Origin: Kiritimatiellia bacterium
GTDB lineage: Bacteria; Verrucomicrobiota; Kiritimatiellia; RFP12; JAAYLN01
Reading direction: 5' to 3'
NCBI GenBank assembly: GCA_017458965.1
Contig: JAFSZJ010000098.1
Span: 1 to 41,380 of the forward strand
DNA: 41,380 nt
A program made the translations under genes and the position numbers. Positions 1 to 9,429 of the stretch are shown here, one piece after another (the first letter of the stretch is position 1; each line of letters begins with the position of its first letter). Below the pieces are notes generated by a model. That model was not told where the DNA came from. It did no database searches and saw nothing but the letters and a program-made list of their open reading frames with translations.

Positions 1-414
1 CGTGATGCCCGCGCGTCCACCGAGCAGATCCAGTGCGGCAAGGGTCCAGTCACCTGAGGTGCAGACCTTCGTCCATGGCTCGGAACGGTACTTGTATGGG
101 GCCGTCATCGTAAGAAGATGTCGCAGCGTCACTTCTGCGGCCGTCTTCTCTCCGCGCTTAGGCTTGAAGTCAGGGAAGAAGTCCAGAACCTTGCAGCCTT
201 CGTCGGAGATGTGGCCCTTGTCTATAGCGATCCCGACTAGAAGCGCCATGATGCTCTTCGTCACGGACATAACATGGGCGGCGTCGCCTAAGCCGAACCC
301 CAGCCAGCAGTCCTCGTATATGGTCTGGCCGTCGCGCATCATGCAGATCTGGCAGATGTTGCCTTCGTTGCCGATGCTGTCCGCGACTAGATTGTGCAGT
401 TCCTGAGCGGTCAT
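1..414 (-). CDS. Serine hydrolase, beta-lactamase/class C-like (SxxK) family; 3'-truncated by window edge
   Basis: Not in the ORF track. Manual translation from ATG 414 gives MTAQELHNLVADSIGNEGNICQICMMRDGQTIYEDCW...HVMSVTKSIMALLVGIAIDKGHI...VTLRHLLTMTAPY. It has the SxxK (SVTK) and LRHLLTMT motifs. The ATG overlaps the GH39 stop (ATGA). Confidence 0.85.
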   Translation of the reverse strand, partial: MTAQELHNLVADSIGNEGNICQICMMRDGQTIYEDCWLGFGLGDAAHVMSVTKSIMALLVGIAIDKGHISDEGCKVLDFFPDFKPKRGEKTAAEVTLRHLLTMTAPYKYRSEPWTKVCTSGDWTLAALDLLGGRAGIT

Positions 415-1634
415 GATGGAGAACCGCTGTTGACGACCATCAACGCGCAGTCCGCGCCGTCCGTCGCCGCCGCCGCGCAAAGTCGGGCGCAATCCCCCTC
501 CACGGAAGTGAACACCTCCTGCCCGCGGCGGTACAGCTCGCCGAAGTAGAAGAGCGCCCAATAGGCCCCGTCGGGTCTGGCGGTCATTGGGTTGAAGAGC
601 GGGGCGTATGCGTTGCGTACGGCGCAGCGGGCATCGTAGAGCATAAGCATGTCGAGCGGCGAATGCTGCCCCCTGACTATGACGGAGGCTATCTCCGCGT
701 TCTGCTGTTCGGTATGGACTCGCTCAAGGCAGGCATCTGGAAGCCACTCGTCCAGGATGAGTTCGACATCATTCAGCCCCCGGCGCTCCAATTCGAGGGC
801 AATGCTTTCGGTCTGCTGGAAAAGGAGGTCTGGCGAGGAGTATGAATGGAAGGAGAAGAAATCCATCGGGCTCGCGGTGTCGCGGACATGGTCCAGGAAC
901 TGGTGCGCGCAGTCGATGAAGTGCGTCCCGTAAGTCTTGCGCCAGTCGTCATCGGGAAGCGCGGGATTCACGCGAATTGGCTTGCCGGGTTCTGCGGCGT
1001 AGAAGCCACATGACGCGGGACCGCCTACCTTGATCGACGGGAACCTCTCCTTCAGGAGCTTGGATGTTATCTCATAAAGGCGGCAGTATTCGGAGAACGA
1101 ACCGCACCACATGAACGATTCCTCCGGGTTGGCGCGGTCGTCCGCCTCGTTCCAGATCTCCCAGTATGTGATGCCATAGCGGAATCCGTTGGCCCATCCA
1201 TCGTTGTAGTGCGCCACGACATGCTCGCAAATGCGCGCCCACTTTTCAAAGTCCTTGGGAGGATATATCCGATACTTGCGGATGTCTGACTTGTTCTCGA
1301 TCGTGACACCAAGCCGCATGAAGGGTTCGACACCGTTTGCCGCAAGCTCCGCAAGAAGGAGGTCGGTGAAAGAGAAGTCGTAGCTGGCCGGGTCGTTCTC
1401 GTCCGCATCGAAGTCGCGGAAGAGATTAGGTATATCGACGTATATGTTCTTGCCGAACGCGCCGCCAGTGTCATGAAGCCGCGAATACGGTATGTGCGCC
1501 TCCTTGAGGAAGTGGAACATCGAGAAGTCGTTCCACCCTTGGATAGGAGGCTGCCCGACGGCGTGCATCGGCTTGATTCGCCCGATGGTCCTGCCTATGT
1601 CGAAGGAGATAGTCGCTAGCTGCTCCATTGCCAT
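411..1634 (-). CDS. Glycoside hydrolase family 39-like (clan GH-A)
   Basis: Motifs SRLHD, YWEIWNEAD (acid/base), DFFSFHSY and LILDEW (nucleophile); GGAGG upstream. Confidence 0.85.
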   Translation of the reverse strand: MAMEQLATISFDIGRTIGRIKPMHAVGQPPIQGWNDFSMFHFLKEAHIPYSRLHDTGGAFGKNIYVDIPNLFRDFDADENDPASYDFSFTDLLLAELAANGVEPFMRLGVTIENKSDIRKYRIYPPKDFEKWARICEHVVAHYNDGWANGFRYGITYWEIWNEADDRANPEESFMWCGSFSEYCRLYEITSKLLKERFPSIKVGGPASCGFYAAEPGKPIRVNPALPDDDWRKTYGTHFIDCAHQFLDHVRDTASPMDFFSFHSYSSPDLLFQQTESIALELERRGLNDVELILDEWLPDACLERVHTEQQNAEIASVIVRGQHSPLDMLMLYDARCAVRNAYAPLFNPMTARPDGAYWALFYFGELYRRGQEVFTSVEGDCARLCAAAATDGADCALMVVNSGSPS

Positions 1635-1667
1635 TTATTCCTCCTTTTGCGATTAAAACTAAACTGT

Positions 1668-3218
1668 TCAGGCATCGCGCACTTCAAAATGCTGTCGCGG
1701 CGTCGGCGGTCCGGATTCGAGATACTCGATCACGCATCCGGTCGCGCCATCGGCGTTCACGGTGCAGCCTTCGCCAAGCCATACGCGGCGGAAGATGAAG
1801 TGGCGGCATCCGGAAAGGTCGAAGTCCGTGTTCGTCCATGTCCCGCCCTCGAACATCATGCCGTCAGCGAGCTTCACGGACAGACGCCCGCCTTGCACAG
1901 GAGCGAACTTAGTGTCCTGGTCGGCCAGAAACACCTGGCCGGGCTTGAATTCGATGCCGTTGCGGCAGATGACGGGCTTTTCGCCCTCGTTCACGAAAAC
2001 GGCGTTGTGCTCGGCAAGCGACGCGGCGATCTCATCCTGCGCCGTTTCGCGCCCTTCGGGGACGATCGGATGCTCGCATCCGATGCCATAGGCGTGCTCG
2101 ACGTCGCTCAAGGCGTCGATGACCCGCATTTCACGCTCATGACTGGCCTTTGTCCCCGCATCGGCCGTGCCACGGGCAAGGGCTATGACGCGACCGAGCT
2201 GGGCGACCTGCTCTGGCGACATCGTCCCGGCGTCATGCACAAAGCCCACATCAAAGCAGACGCTTGCGCCAAGCGGCAGGACGCGCTTAAGCCAATCCGA
2301 CCAGACATTGTCCGTATGGCGGCAATCGGTCCAGCCCCACATCGCGCCCATGTAGGTGAGCGTGAACCACTGGCGGCCAAGGACCTCGCGTCCGTCGCAT
2401 GGGAGGCGCATCGGGTTCGTCGCCTCTCCGGCTGTGAAGTCGCATCCGGCCCAGACATCGTGATGCGCTTCGCCACGGCAGTTGTAGTCGGTGAAGAGCG
2501 TGTCGAGTTCACGGCCTTCCTTGCGATCCATGCCAAGGACCCAGCGGAAGCCGTGGTCGTAATCGACGACCTTCTTAGCGAAAGCGCAGACTGCCTCGGG
2601 GTTGCCGCGACGCGCGGCGGCGCGGATGGCAAGCGTTTCGTCATCCCCGCCGAAGCCGACGCCGCCGGCGCCGTCGAACCACCAGGCGTTGACGTCGCGC
2701 CCATAGCGCTCGCTCCATTCGCCAATCACCTCGCACCAATTGGCGAGGCCCTCTGGCGTGTCTGTGCAGTCTCCGGTGCCGTTCGGCGGCGGAAGATAAC
2801 CGAGCGCCTTGTAGTCGTCCGGCACGGCCGCAGGACCGCGACATGGAAGGTAGAGGCAGAACCTGATGCCAGTTCCTCGCAGTGCTTCGATGACCTCGCG
2901 CGGAATGTCGCGCCCGTTGCATGCGGCCGTCGCCTCGCCCGGCTTGTGGCCGGTTAGTCGCTCATAGGTCGCGTTTGGGGCTATGTAGGTGCCACGATTC
3001 TGCCCTAGCGTCAGGAAGAAGTAATCGACGCCAGCCGAGACGAGATCGCGTTTGAGTTGCTCCACATCGAACTTCAGGGATTCGCGTCCGGCGATCTTTG
3101 GCCAGTAGTGAAGGAAAGCTCCGACCTTCCCGGCCATCCAGTCGGTCTCTGGGGGCGGAGTCGGGCGGGTATTGGCCTTATCTGCGGCGGTTGAACTGCG
3201 GTCAATTTTGGTTGTCAT
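1668..3218 (-). CDS. GH29 alpha-L-fucosidase-like protein with extra C-terminal beta-helix-like domain
   Basis: GAFLHYW, YFFLTLGQ, RDIPREVIEAL, LYLP and EWSERYG...AWWFDG are GH29-like; the last ~135 aa do not resemble GH29. Confidence 0.65.
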   Translation of the reverse strand: MTTKIDRSSTAADKANTRPTPPPETDWMAGKVGAFLHYWPKIAGRESLKFDVEQLKRDLVSAGVDYFFLTLGQNRGTYIAPNATYERLTGHKPGEATAACNGRDIPREVIEALRGTGIRFCLYLPCRGPAAVPDDYKALGYLPPPNGTGDCTDTPEGLANWCEVIGEWSERYGRDVNAWWFDGAGGVGFGGDDETLAIRAAARRGNPEAVCAFAKKVVDYDHGFRWVLGMDRKEGRELDTLFTDYNCRGEAHHDVWAGCDFTAGEATNPMRLPCDGREVLGRQWFTLTYMGAMWGWTDCRHTDNVWSDWLKRVLPLGASVCFDVGFVHDAGTMSPEQVAQLGRVIALARGTADAGTKASHEREMRVIDALSDVEHAYGIGCEHPIVPEGRETAQDEIAASLAEHNAVFVNEGEKPVICRNGIEFKPGQVFLADQDTKFAPVQGGRLSVKLADGMMFEGGTWTNTDFDLSGCRHFIFRRVWLGEGCTVNADGATGCVIEYLESGPPTPRQHFEVRDA

Positions 3219-4173
3219 GGGAGAAAGGTTGGGGAGTCAGGGAGTTGGGGAGTTGTGGAGCGTCCTTCACAATCCTTAGCGTCAGCGTCTGCTCCGCGTC
3301 GGGACCGAGGGCCACGAACTCGAGTTCGATATAGGGTTTTGGGGCGTCCTGCCCCGTCGTGAAGACCATTGCGCGGGATGGAGCTCCGAAAGCGCCTAGG
3401 CATCGTGCTGGAGCGGTCTGCTCTATGACAAGCCACTCGCCTGAACCGTCGGTAAGCGGCGCGGCGAGGGCGTCGCCATCGAAGTCGAGCCTTGCATCCC
3501 TCCATGCGGCGGACATGTCGAGTTCAATCCAGCCACCGCCAAGGCTTCGCGGTTCCGGGAAGCATGGCTTGCCCTTCCGATCAAGCACCATGCGTCCCTC
3601 GCCCCATAGCCGTCCTACCACCTTGGATACGAGAGGTATCTGCGTCACGGACCATACGCGGCGCGGATCGTCAATGACGGCAGAGGTCATTTTCTGACAG
3701 CTCCCAAGCGTTTCGCGCAGGATTAGCCGGTCGTCGCACAGTGTGAACTCGCGCTCAAGCGACACGGTCCAGTCACCGGAAGCATGGTCGGCGCTCCGCA
3801 GCAGGATGTTCGTCGCGTCGGCGCGGACAACCTCGAGCGGCGCGGAGTCGAACCATGCGGGGGGCGGCCAGAACGACACGGCGGACTTGTCCTTGAAGCC
3901 TTTCCAGAGCGACATCGCGCCGACCCATGTCTTTTCGCCGCCGATGTTCACCCAGCGAGGTCTTCCCGCCGCGTCAACGATATTCGTCGTTGCGTCCGGG
4001 TCTCTCCAGAGGGCGTTCGCCCCGCCCGTGCGCCCGAAGCGCATCAACCGCCCTCCGCATGAGGGCATGACCTCCGCGCGGAGCGTCCCGTTATCCAGCA
4101 CGAGCGTTCCGGCGGCAAAGGCGCCGCAACGCATCGCGAGGGTTGCCGCAAGGATTATGACTTCAGGCCTCAT
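3202..4173 (-). CDS. Secreted DUF4380/galactose-mutarotase-like protein
   Basis: Signal-peptide-like N-terminus from ATG 4173, then LDNGTLRAEVMPSCGGRLMRF, NIGGEKTW, WPPP and YIELE motifs. Confidence 0.65.
   Translation of the reverse strand: MRPEVIILAATLAMRCGAFAAGTLVLDNGTLRAEVMPSCGGRLMRFGRTGGANALWRDPDATTNIVDAAGRPRWVNIGGEKTWVGAMSLWKGFKDKSAVSFWPPPAWFDSAPLEVVRADATNILLRSADHASGDWTVSLEREFTLCDDRLILRETLGSCQKMTSAVIDDPRRVWSVTQIPLVSKVVGRLWGEGRMVLDRKGKPCFPEPRSLGGGWIELDMSAAWRDARLDFDGDALAAPLTDGSGEWLVIEQTAPARCLGAFGAPSRAMVFTTGQDAPKPYIELEFVALGPDAEQTLTLRIVKDAPQLPNSLTPQPFSHDNQN
3228..3259. repeat. Degenerate octamer array (GTTGGGGA x4), C-rich on sense strand
   Basis: Units GTTGGGGA GTCAGGGA GTTGGGGA GTTGTGGA; translated as PQLPNSLTPQP at the end of the DUF4380-like ORF, just upstream of the GH29-like ATG. 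Confidence 0.65.
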
Positions 4174-6373
4174 TAGCCGCCACGAGTTCCAGGATTGCGG
4201 AGTCGTAGTCGCGATCGCCAAGGAGGATCGGAAGTCCGACCTTCATCAGCGCCTCGCCTGTCGGAAGCAGGCCATCCGCCATCTCGGCGGTGAAGTCGGT
4301 GCATTTGCCTAGGAGCGGCGAATGCGCCCTGCGCCAGCTCTCGGTGTTGAGTTCGCGGATGCGGTAGCGCTTTGCGGGGTCAAGGCCCTGAAGCATAAGC
4401 GCAGGCGGGTAGTTCTTGCGGGCATCCCGGGAAAGACCGTAGATGCATACAATGGCGCGGTCCTTGGACTCGTCCACGAACATCAGCGCCGCATAGTCGC
4501 GCTCGAAGGGCGAGACGAGCCTGAAAAGATCCCCCTGCTGCACGACCGGGCGTATGCGGTGGTACTCCTTCACGGCGTTCTTCGCGAACTCGAGTTCGCG
4601 CGGAGTCATGTGCTTGGGCTGCATCTCGAAGCCGAATCGCCCGGAGAAGGCGACATCCACGCGGTACTTGAACGGCACGACGCGACCAGTAACGGTCACA
4701 TGGCTGGCCATCGCCTGCGCCGGATAGAACATGCTCGCGCCCCACTGCATCTTCACGCGGTCTCGAGGGTCGGTGTTGTCGGAAGTCCAGAACTCGTCGC
4801 AGTAGCGGAGCGAACCGTACTCCATGTGCCCGCCACCGGACGAGCAAGCCTGGATATCGACACCGGGGTACTTGGCCCGCTGCTTCGCAAGGACTTCATA
4901 GTAGCCCATCGCATAGTCGAAGTAGAGGTTGCCCTGATGCGCCGCGTCGAGGTATGTGGACCCGACGTTGTCGATGTTGGCGTTGGCATCCCACTTGACA
5001 TAGGCGAGGTCCTTGACGGAGCCGTAGGCGGCATCAAGCTGCCGCCAGATCTCGTCGCGGACGGCCGGGTTCGTGAAGTCGAGCACGACCTGCGATCCTC
5101 CGCGCCCAAGCCGCATTGGTCGACCATTCTCCTGAAGCGCCCATTCCGGGTGCGCCGCGAGGAGGTCGCATGCCTTCCAGTTCGCCATCTCCGGCTCGAC
5201 CCAGAACCCGAATTTAAGCCCGCGCCTCTTCGCCTCCTCGGCTAGGCCTGCGAGACCATGCGGGAGCTTGGCCTCGTTCACGCACCAATCGCCAAGGCCG
5301 CGCAGATCGTCGTCACGGGCGTTGGCGCCACGCGCGAACCATCCGTCGTCCAGCACGAACATCTCCACGCCGAGTTCCTTCGCGCCATCCATGATCTCGT
5401 GGAGCAACGGCTCGTCGAAGGACATCCCGGTGCCCTCCCAGTTGTTGAGCAGAGTCGGACGCTCCTTAGCGCCGGCTGGCATCCAGTGGCGGCGCGCCCA
5501 TCGGTGGAAGTTGCGCGACACCTGCCCCTTGCCCTTGTCGCTGAAGGTAAGCGCCGCGACTGGCAGAATGATCGACTTGCCGGGATCGAGAACATAGTCG
5601 CCAGCGACATTAGCTGGTCCTCCGGTTAGCTCAAGGAGATCGACCTCGCTCCGACGGAAGGACATCTCCCACGCGCCCGTCCAGCAAAGCGCTCCGCCGA
5701 TCACGCGGCCCTCGGTTTCGGAGGAGGGACCGCCAACGGAAAGCATGAAGGTCGGATTGTCCAGCCAGGCGTCGCGCACACCAGATCGGGAGTCGAGGAT
5801 GATGCGCCGTCCGCGCTCTATGGGCGTCTCCACGACCTCCCCCTCGGAGCACCACTCGCCCGTCAGGCTCAAAAGCCGCCAGTCGTCCGCCATCAGCGGG
5901 AAGACGAACGAGAATGAGGACATCCTGGAGATGCGCACCGCGCCAGCCTCGCCATTCGCCAGCTCGACCCATGTCTCGATGACATCCGCGTCAGGGCGCG
6001 GGCTGAAGGTCTGGATAACGCGGAAATCGTGCGCCGCGTCGCGCCAGCGAATGACGACGGCACCCTCGTCGCCATTCTCGATCTTCTCCACGATGAGGTC
6101 GAGAGTCACCGTGCCGTCGTCATGCGTGACCTTGAGCCCGCCAAAGCGGTTGAGCCCGCCGCCGGACTCGCCGAAGACCGAATAGGCCAACGGCCTTTCC
6201 ACGCCGAGTGAGCTGGGCAGCCTGTCGTGCACGGTCAGCGCCAATGCACATTCGGCGTCGGCGACCTTTACGCCGTAATGGCGTAGGTAGAGACGCTCGC
6301 CCACGCCGGAGGCTTTGCGCTCGAAAAGTAGCGCGGTGTTGGCGGTCTCGATACTCAAGAGTGAAGTGTTCAT
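4163..6373 (-). CDS. Alpha-galactosidase, GH36
   Basis: Motifs LLNNWEG, FVLDDGWF, GLGDW, FGFWVEPEM, YVKWDAN, CSSGGG and WTSDNTD. Start taken at ATG 6373 (MNTSLLSIET). Confidence 0.95.
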   Translation of the reverse strand: MNTSLLSIETANTALLFERKASGVGERLYLRHYGVKVADAECALALTVHDRLPSSLGVERPLAYSVFGESGGGLNRFGGLKVTHDDGTVTLDLIVEKIENGDEGAVVIRWRDAAHDFRVIQTFSPRPDADVIETWVELANGEAGAVRISRMSSFSFVFPLMADDWRLLSLTGEWCSEGEVVETPIERGRRIILDSRSGVRDAWLDNPTFMLSVGGPSSETEGRVIGGALCWTGAWEMSFRRSEVDLLELTGGPANVAGDYVLDPGKSIILPVAALTFSDKGKGQVSRNFHRWARRHWMPAGAKERPTLLNNWEGTGMSFDEPLLHEIMDGAKELGVEMFVLDDGWFARGANARDDDLRGLGDWCVNEAKLPHGLAGLAEEAKRRGLKFGFWVEPEMANWKACDLLAAHPEWALQENGRPMRLGRGGSQVVLDFTNPAVRDEIWRQLDAAYGSVKDLAYVKWDANANIDNVGSTYLDAAHQGNLYFDYAMGYYEVLAKQRAKYPGVDIQACSSGGGHMEYGSLRYCDEFWTSDNTDPRDRVKMQWGASMFYPAQAMASHVTVTGRVVPFKYRVDVAFSGRFGFEMQPKHMTPRELEFAKNAVKEYHRIRPVVQQGDLFRLVSPFERDYAALMFVDESKDRAIVCIYGLSRDARKNYPPALMLQGLDPAKRYRIRELNTESWRRAHSPLLGKCTDFTAEMADGLLPTGEALMKVGLPILLGDRDYDSAILELVAANEA

Positions 6374-6395
6374 GGTGGAAAGTTGGGATTGGGGT

Positions 6396-6415
6396 GTCCG
6401 CGACGGGGCGCGGAC
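6396..6415. other. GC-rich hairpin (REP-like or RNA-stabilising)
   Basis: GTCCGCG-acgggg-CGCGGAC is a perfect 7-bp inverted repeat with no U-tract. Confidence 0.35.
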
Positions 6416-6440
6416 GACAGAACTCGTATGCAAAACCGGA

Positions 6441-6552
6441 TATCCATCATCCACAATCTATTATCTGTTATCTATTATCTGCTATCTGTTATCTATTATC
6501 TGCTATCTGTTATCTGTTATCTATTATCTACTATCTGCTATCTGCTATCTGC
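6441..6552. repeat. Heptamer tandem array TATCT(G/A)(C/T), ~16 units
   Basis: TATCTGT/TATCTAT/TATCTGC units in exact 7-nt register; contains the stop codon of the FAD oxidoreductase. Confidence 0.95.
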
Positions 6553-9327
6553 CATCCCGGCCTTGCGGAGCCGTTCCGCAACGAAGGCGCGCTGCCAAGG
6601 ACGGCGGGCGCGTTTAGGGCCGACACCGTCTGGCAAGGCGTCCGTGAGGTCGCATGTCCCGTCGAGCATACGCAGAATCGCACCGCGCTCCGAAGCGCAC
6701 TTCCCCGCGAGGCGGATGGCAATATCTCCAGCGCTCCAAAGCGCCGTCATGCGGACCATGGAGCCGCGCGTCTGGTCGCATGCGATGGATGACAGCGTCC
6801 GCAGCGAAGCGCGGCCTCCGCAGAACCCCAGCGCCCAGACCGCCGCAAGGGAATGCGGCGCCTTGCCGAATGGATTGGGGTGCGTACCGTCCTCGCGATC
6901 CGCCGCCATGGCGGCAAGAACGGGTTCGACGCGCTTGTCGCCGAGCGCACCAAGGAGCAATGCAGCATCACCGGACTTTTCGCTCCCCTGCCCCACGAGC
7001 GGCCAGACGCTGTCCGCGATGCGTTTCAACCCCATGCGGTATAGAAGCCAAAGCGCAAGACCGCCATGCTCCCCGCCAATAGCGGAGACAAGGCGGCTAA
7101 CGCCATCATCCTTGGATGCGGACGCGACGAGGTCGACGCCTTCGTAAGCCCTTGGAGTCACTTCGCCGAAAATGCCAGGACCTGGCGTCCATTGCTCAAG
7201 CGCCCCGCTTGCGCGAAGCGCTTTCTGGAGCCGCTCAAGCGGCACATCTCCCGAGGCGACGCCAAGTCGGGTCGCGAGGGCAGCGGCGATGCCGGCCGCC
7301 TCCCCGATGCGCTGTATGTCGCGTTGCATCCTGAATGCGTAGGTCGTCTCCGATGTGCATCCTGCGGCCCTGCAGGCCACAAAGAGGTTGTCAATGCCCT
7401 CTGCCAGGATGGCGCGATACGGGATTTCGCAGCCAGTCGGCATTTGCCAGAGGCCGCAGCACCAGTTGTAGAAGGCGAGGTCGCGTCCCTCGGCGAAGAA
7501 GTCGCATGCGTGTCCATCGACATGGCCCGCCGTAAAGCCGATAACATCGTCGAAGGCGCGGTGTTCGACGAGATCGTCCAGCGTCAGCCGGTAGCGCGTG
7601 GCGGCAAGTGGCCCTTGCCGGATGCCTATCGCCGGCGCCATGCCGGTCGTGCGGTTGAAGGTGTTGCTCGTGCGGACGCACGAGTCCGCAACGAGTTTCC
7701 TTGTGGCCTCTATGCGGGCGGTGGTCATGTCGAGGCTGTCGGACGGATCGACATGACCGCAGTCACGGTTGTCGATGAAGAGCGTCAATTCCTGATTGGC
7801 GCCAAAACCGAAGCAACCCCATATCTGTGAGAAGGGGTTCATGGATCCGTCGCCCTCGCGACCGACTGAAAGCGGAACGCCGGCGGAAGCGGAGAGGAAT
7901 GCATCGCCTGTCGAGTCGATCCAGTTTTTGGCGGCTATGCGGACAATGCCTTTTGGCGTCGCAGCGAGTATCGATACGATGCGTCCGTCCTTGACCTCGG
8001 CCGACGACGGGATAGTACGCGACTCCAGAAGCGTCGAGACGCCGGCCTTGCCCAGAGCCATCCATGTCGCAACGAGCCGCGCAAGTCCATGATAGCCCCG
8101 TCCAACCTGTTGCTGCGTGGCGAAGAGCGGTTGGAGGCGTTTGACCTCGGCGTCTAATTCGTCCTGCATTCCACCATGGCAGCCGTGGTAATACGAAGGG
8201 ATGCCCCCGATCGAAGGGATGCCGCCGACCATCGAGCGCGCTTCAAGCGCAAGCGTTCCAGCTCCGCCAGCCGATGCCGCAACCGCAGCGAAGAGTCCGC
8301 CCGTGCCGAGACCGGCGACGCACACATCCGTCTCGATCGTGAAAAGAGGCTTTGGGTCGAGAGGACGCAGGCGCGGCGGAAGCGTGCAACGCGGGGCGTT
8401 CTCCAGCGCGGCAAAAGCGCCTTCTCCCAGGGCGTAGCGATCGCCAAGCGTCGCGGACGGCGCGGAGGAAAGAGAAGGAACGGCGATGGCGAGGTTTGCG
8501 CAGGGCGATTTCGCCGAAGCGCGACGCCGTGGATAAAGCGGATATGCGCGATAGCTCCAGTGGGAGACAAAAGCGTCTGCGCAAGTCTTGCCAAGTCGCC
8601 GCCTCAAAGCCTTGAAGACCGGCTCGACGATCCCTGCCTCGCCACCATGCATGGACCGTGGGCACTCTATGCGCAGGATCTTCTCAGACGACCAGCCGGA
8701 GGACTCGAACACTACCTTTACACCGCGCATCCCTCCATCAATCGTGAAAGGGCATTCGATTGGCCAGCGCGTCCGCTGCAGGAAGAAACGCAGGACATGA
8801 CGCGATGGCTCAACGGGTTCCTCGGCAAGGCCACAGAGGCGCGCCAGAAGACCATGCTCCGTCGCGTCGATCCAATTCGCGGCCGAGATCGCGGCAAGAC
8901 GGGAGCGTAGGGCGAATGTCACGCTACGCAAAAGGCCATTGCCCGCGATGTCGGCCGCGACTGGGGTGGCGAAGTACAGGCGCGTGACGGCTGTGGCGGC
9001 AAGAAGCTCGTTAGCAACCCACTCGGCGCTGCCGGGGTCGATCCAATCCTCCGCTATACCGGTAGCGCACCCGATCGCGTACATGAATGTGCGCATGGAG
9101 TCCGGGGTCTTGCCGGCCTCCGGACAACGGGCATGCGCGCTTTCCCAAAGCAGATCGCATTCTGGATCGATAAGGATCGTCTTCAGGCCTGCCGCCGTTG
9201 CGGCCGTAGCCGCCGCGTATCCGGCATATCCGGCTCCGACAACGGCGACATCCCAGCGCGTTGCCGAAAGAGCTTCAAGGGTTTTGCATTGATCGACCTT
9301 GGCGAGATTGGTTGTTCTGCTTTTCAT
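6538..9327 (-). CDS. FAD-dependent oxidoreductase (FAD_oxidored-like), two FAD-binding modules plus C-terminal HEAT-like repeats
   Basis: DVAVVGAGYAG...IDATEHG, then a second DVCVAGLGTGG...IDSTGDA, EIPYRAIL and IGEAAGIAAALA. C-terminal AALLLGALGDKR and AAVWALG are HEAT-like. Confidence 0.85.
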   Translation of the reverse strand: MKSRTTNLAKVDQCKTLEALSATRWDVAVVGAGYAGYAAATAATAAGLKTILIDPECDLLWESAHARCPEAGKTPDSMRTFMYAIGCATGIAEDWIDPGSAEWVANELLAATAVTRLYFATPVAADIAGNGLLRSVTFALRSRLAAISAANWIDATEHGLLARLCGLAEEPVEPSRHVLRFFLQRTRWPIECPFTIDGGMRGVKVVFESSGWSSEKILRIECPRSMHGGEAGIVEPVFKALRRRLGKTCADAFVSHWSYRAYPLYPRRRASAKSPCANLAIAVPSLSSAPSATLGDRYALGEGAFAALENAPRCTLPPRLRPLDPKPLFTIETDVCVAGLGTGGLFAAVAASAGGAGTLALEARSMVGGIPSIGGIPSYYHGCHGGMQDELDAEVKRLQPLFATQQQVGRGYHGLARLVATWMALGKAGVSTLLESRTIPSSAEVKDGRIVSILAATPKGIVRIAAKNWIDSTGDAFLSASAGVPLSVGREGDGSMNPFSQIWGCFGFGANQELTLFIDNRDCGHVDPSDSLDMTTARIEATRKLVADSCVRTSNTFNRTTGMAPAIGIRQGPLAATRYRLTLDDLVEHRAFDDVIGFTAGHVDGHACDFFAEGRDLAFYNWCCGLWQMPTGCEIPYRAILAEGIDNLFVACRAAGCTSETTYAFRMQRDIQRIGEAAGIAAALATRLGVASGDVPLERLQKALRASGALEQWTPGPGIFGEVTPRAYEGVDLVASASKDDGVSRLVSAIGGEHGGLALWLLYRMGLKRIADSVWPLVGQGSEKSGDAALLLGALGDKRVEPVLAAMAADREDGTHPNPFGKAPHSLAAVWALGFCGGRASLRTLSSIACDQTRGSMVRMTALWSAGDIAIRLAGKCASERGAILRMLDGTCDLTDALPDGVGPKRARRPWQRAFVAERLRKAGMADSR

Positions 9328-9363
9328 GATCGGCGTAGATAGGTTCTCGGATCACACAGAAAG

Positions 9364-9372
9364 ATGATAGCA
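9364..9372 (-). promoter_or_regulatory. Putative extended -10 (TGCTATCAT) for the glycan operon
   Basis: TGn-TAnnnT in the divergent intergenic region. Confidence 0.45.
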
Positions 9373-9416
9373 CGGCCGTCAGCATGAAGTGAATGCTACG
9401 CCCCATGGCGAAGTTG

Positions 9417-9422
9417 TATAAT
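9417..9422 (+). promoter_or_regulatory. Putative -10 (TATAAT) 7 nt before ATG 9430
   Basis: TATAAT-gattcct-ATG with no Shine-Dalgarno. Confidence 0.6.
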
Positions 9423-9429
9423 GATTCCT

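Noticed and set aside
2-406. Plus-strand 134-aa ORF
   Set aside because: Antisense shadow of the minus-strand serine hydrolase.
1-414. Antibiotic-resistance beta-lactamase
   Set aside because: SxxK alone is not diagnostic; there is no signal peptide, and the context favours an esterase or amidase.
1647-2957. Long antisense ORFs (also 4322-5245, 15382-16398, 31326-32513, 32602-33582, 38632-39606)
   Set aside because: They lie opposite well-supported genes, have no motifs, and are expected in high-GC DNA.
6208-7147. ORFs with ICYLLSA/YYLLSVI repeats
   Set aside because: Translation of the heptamer array, overlapping real genes on the other strand.
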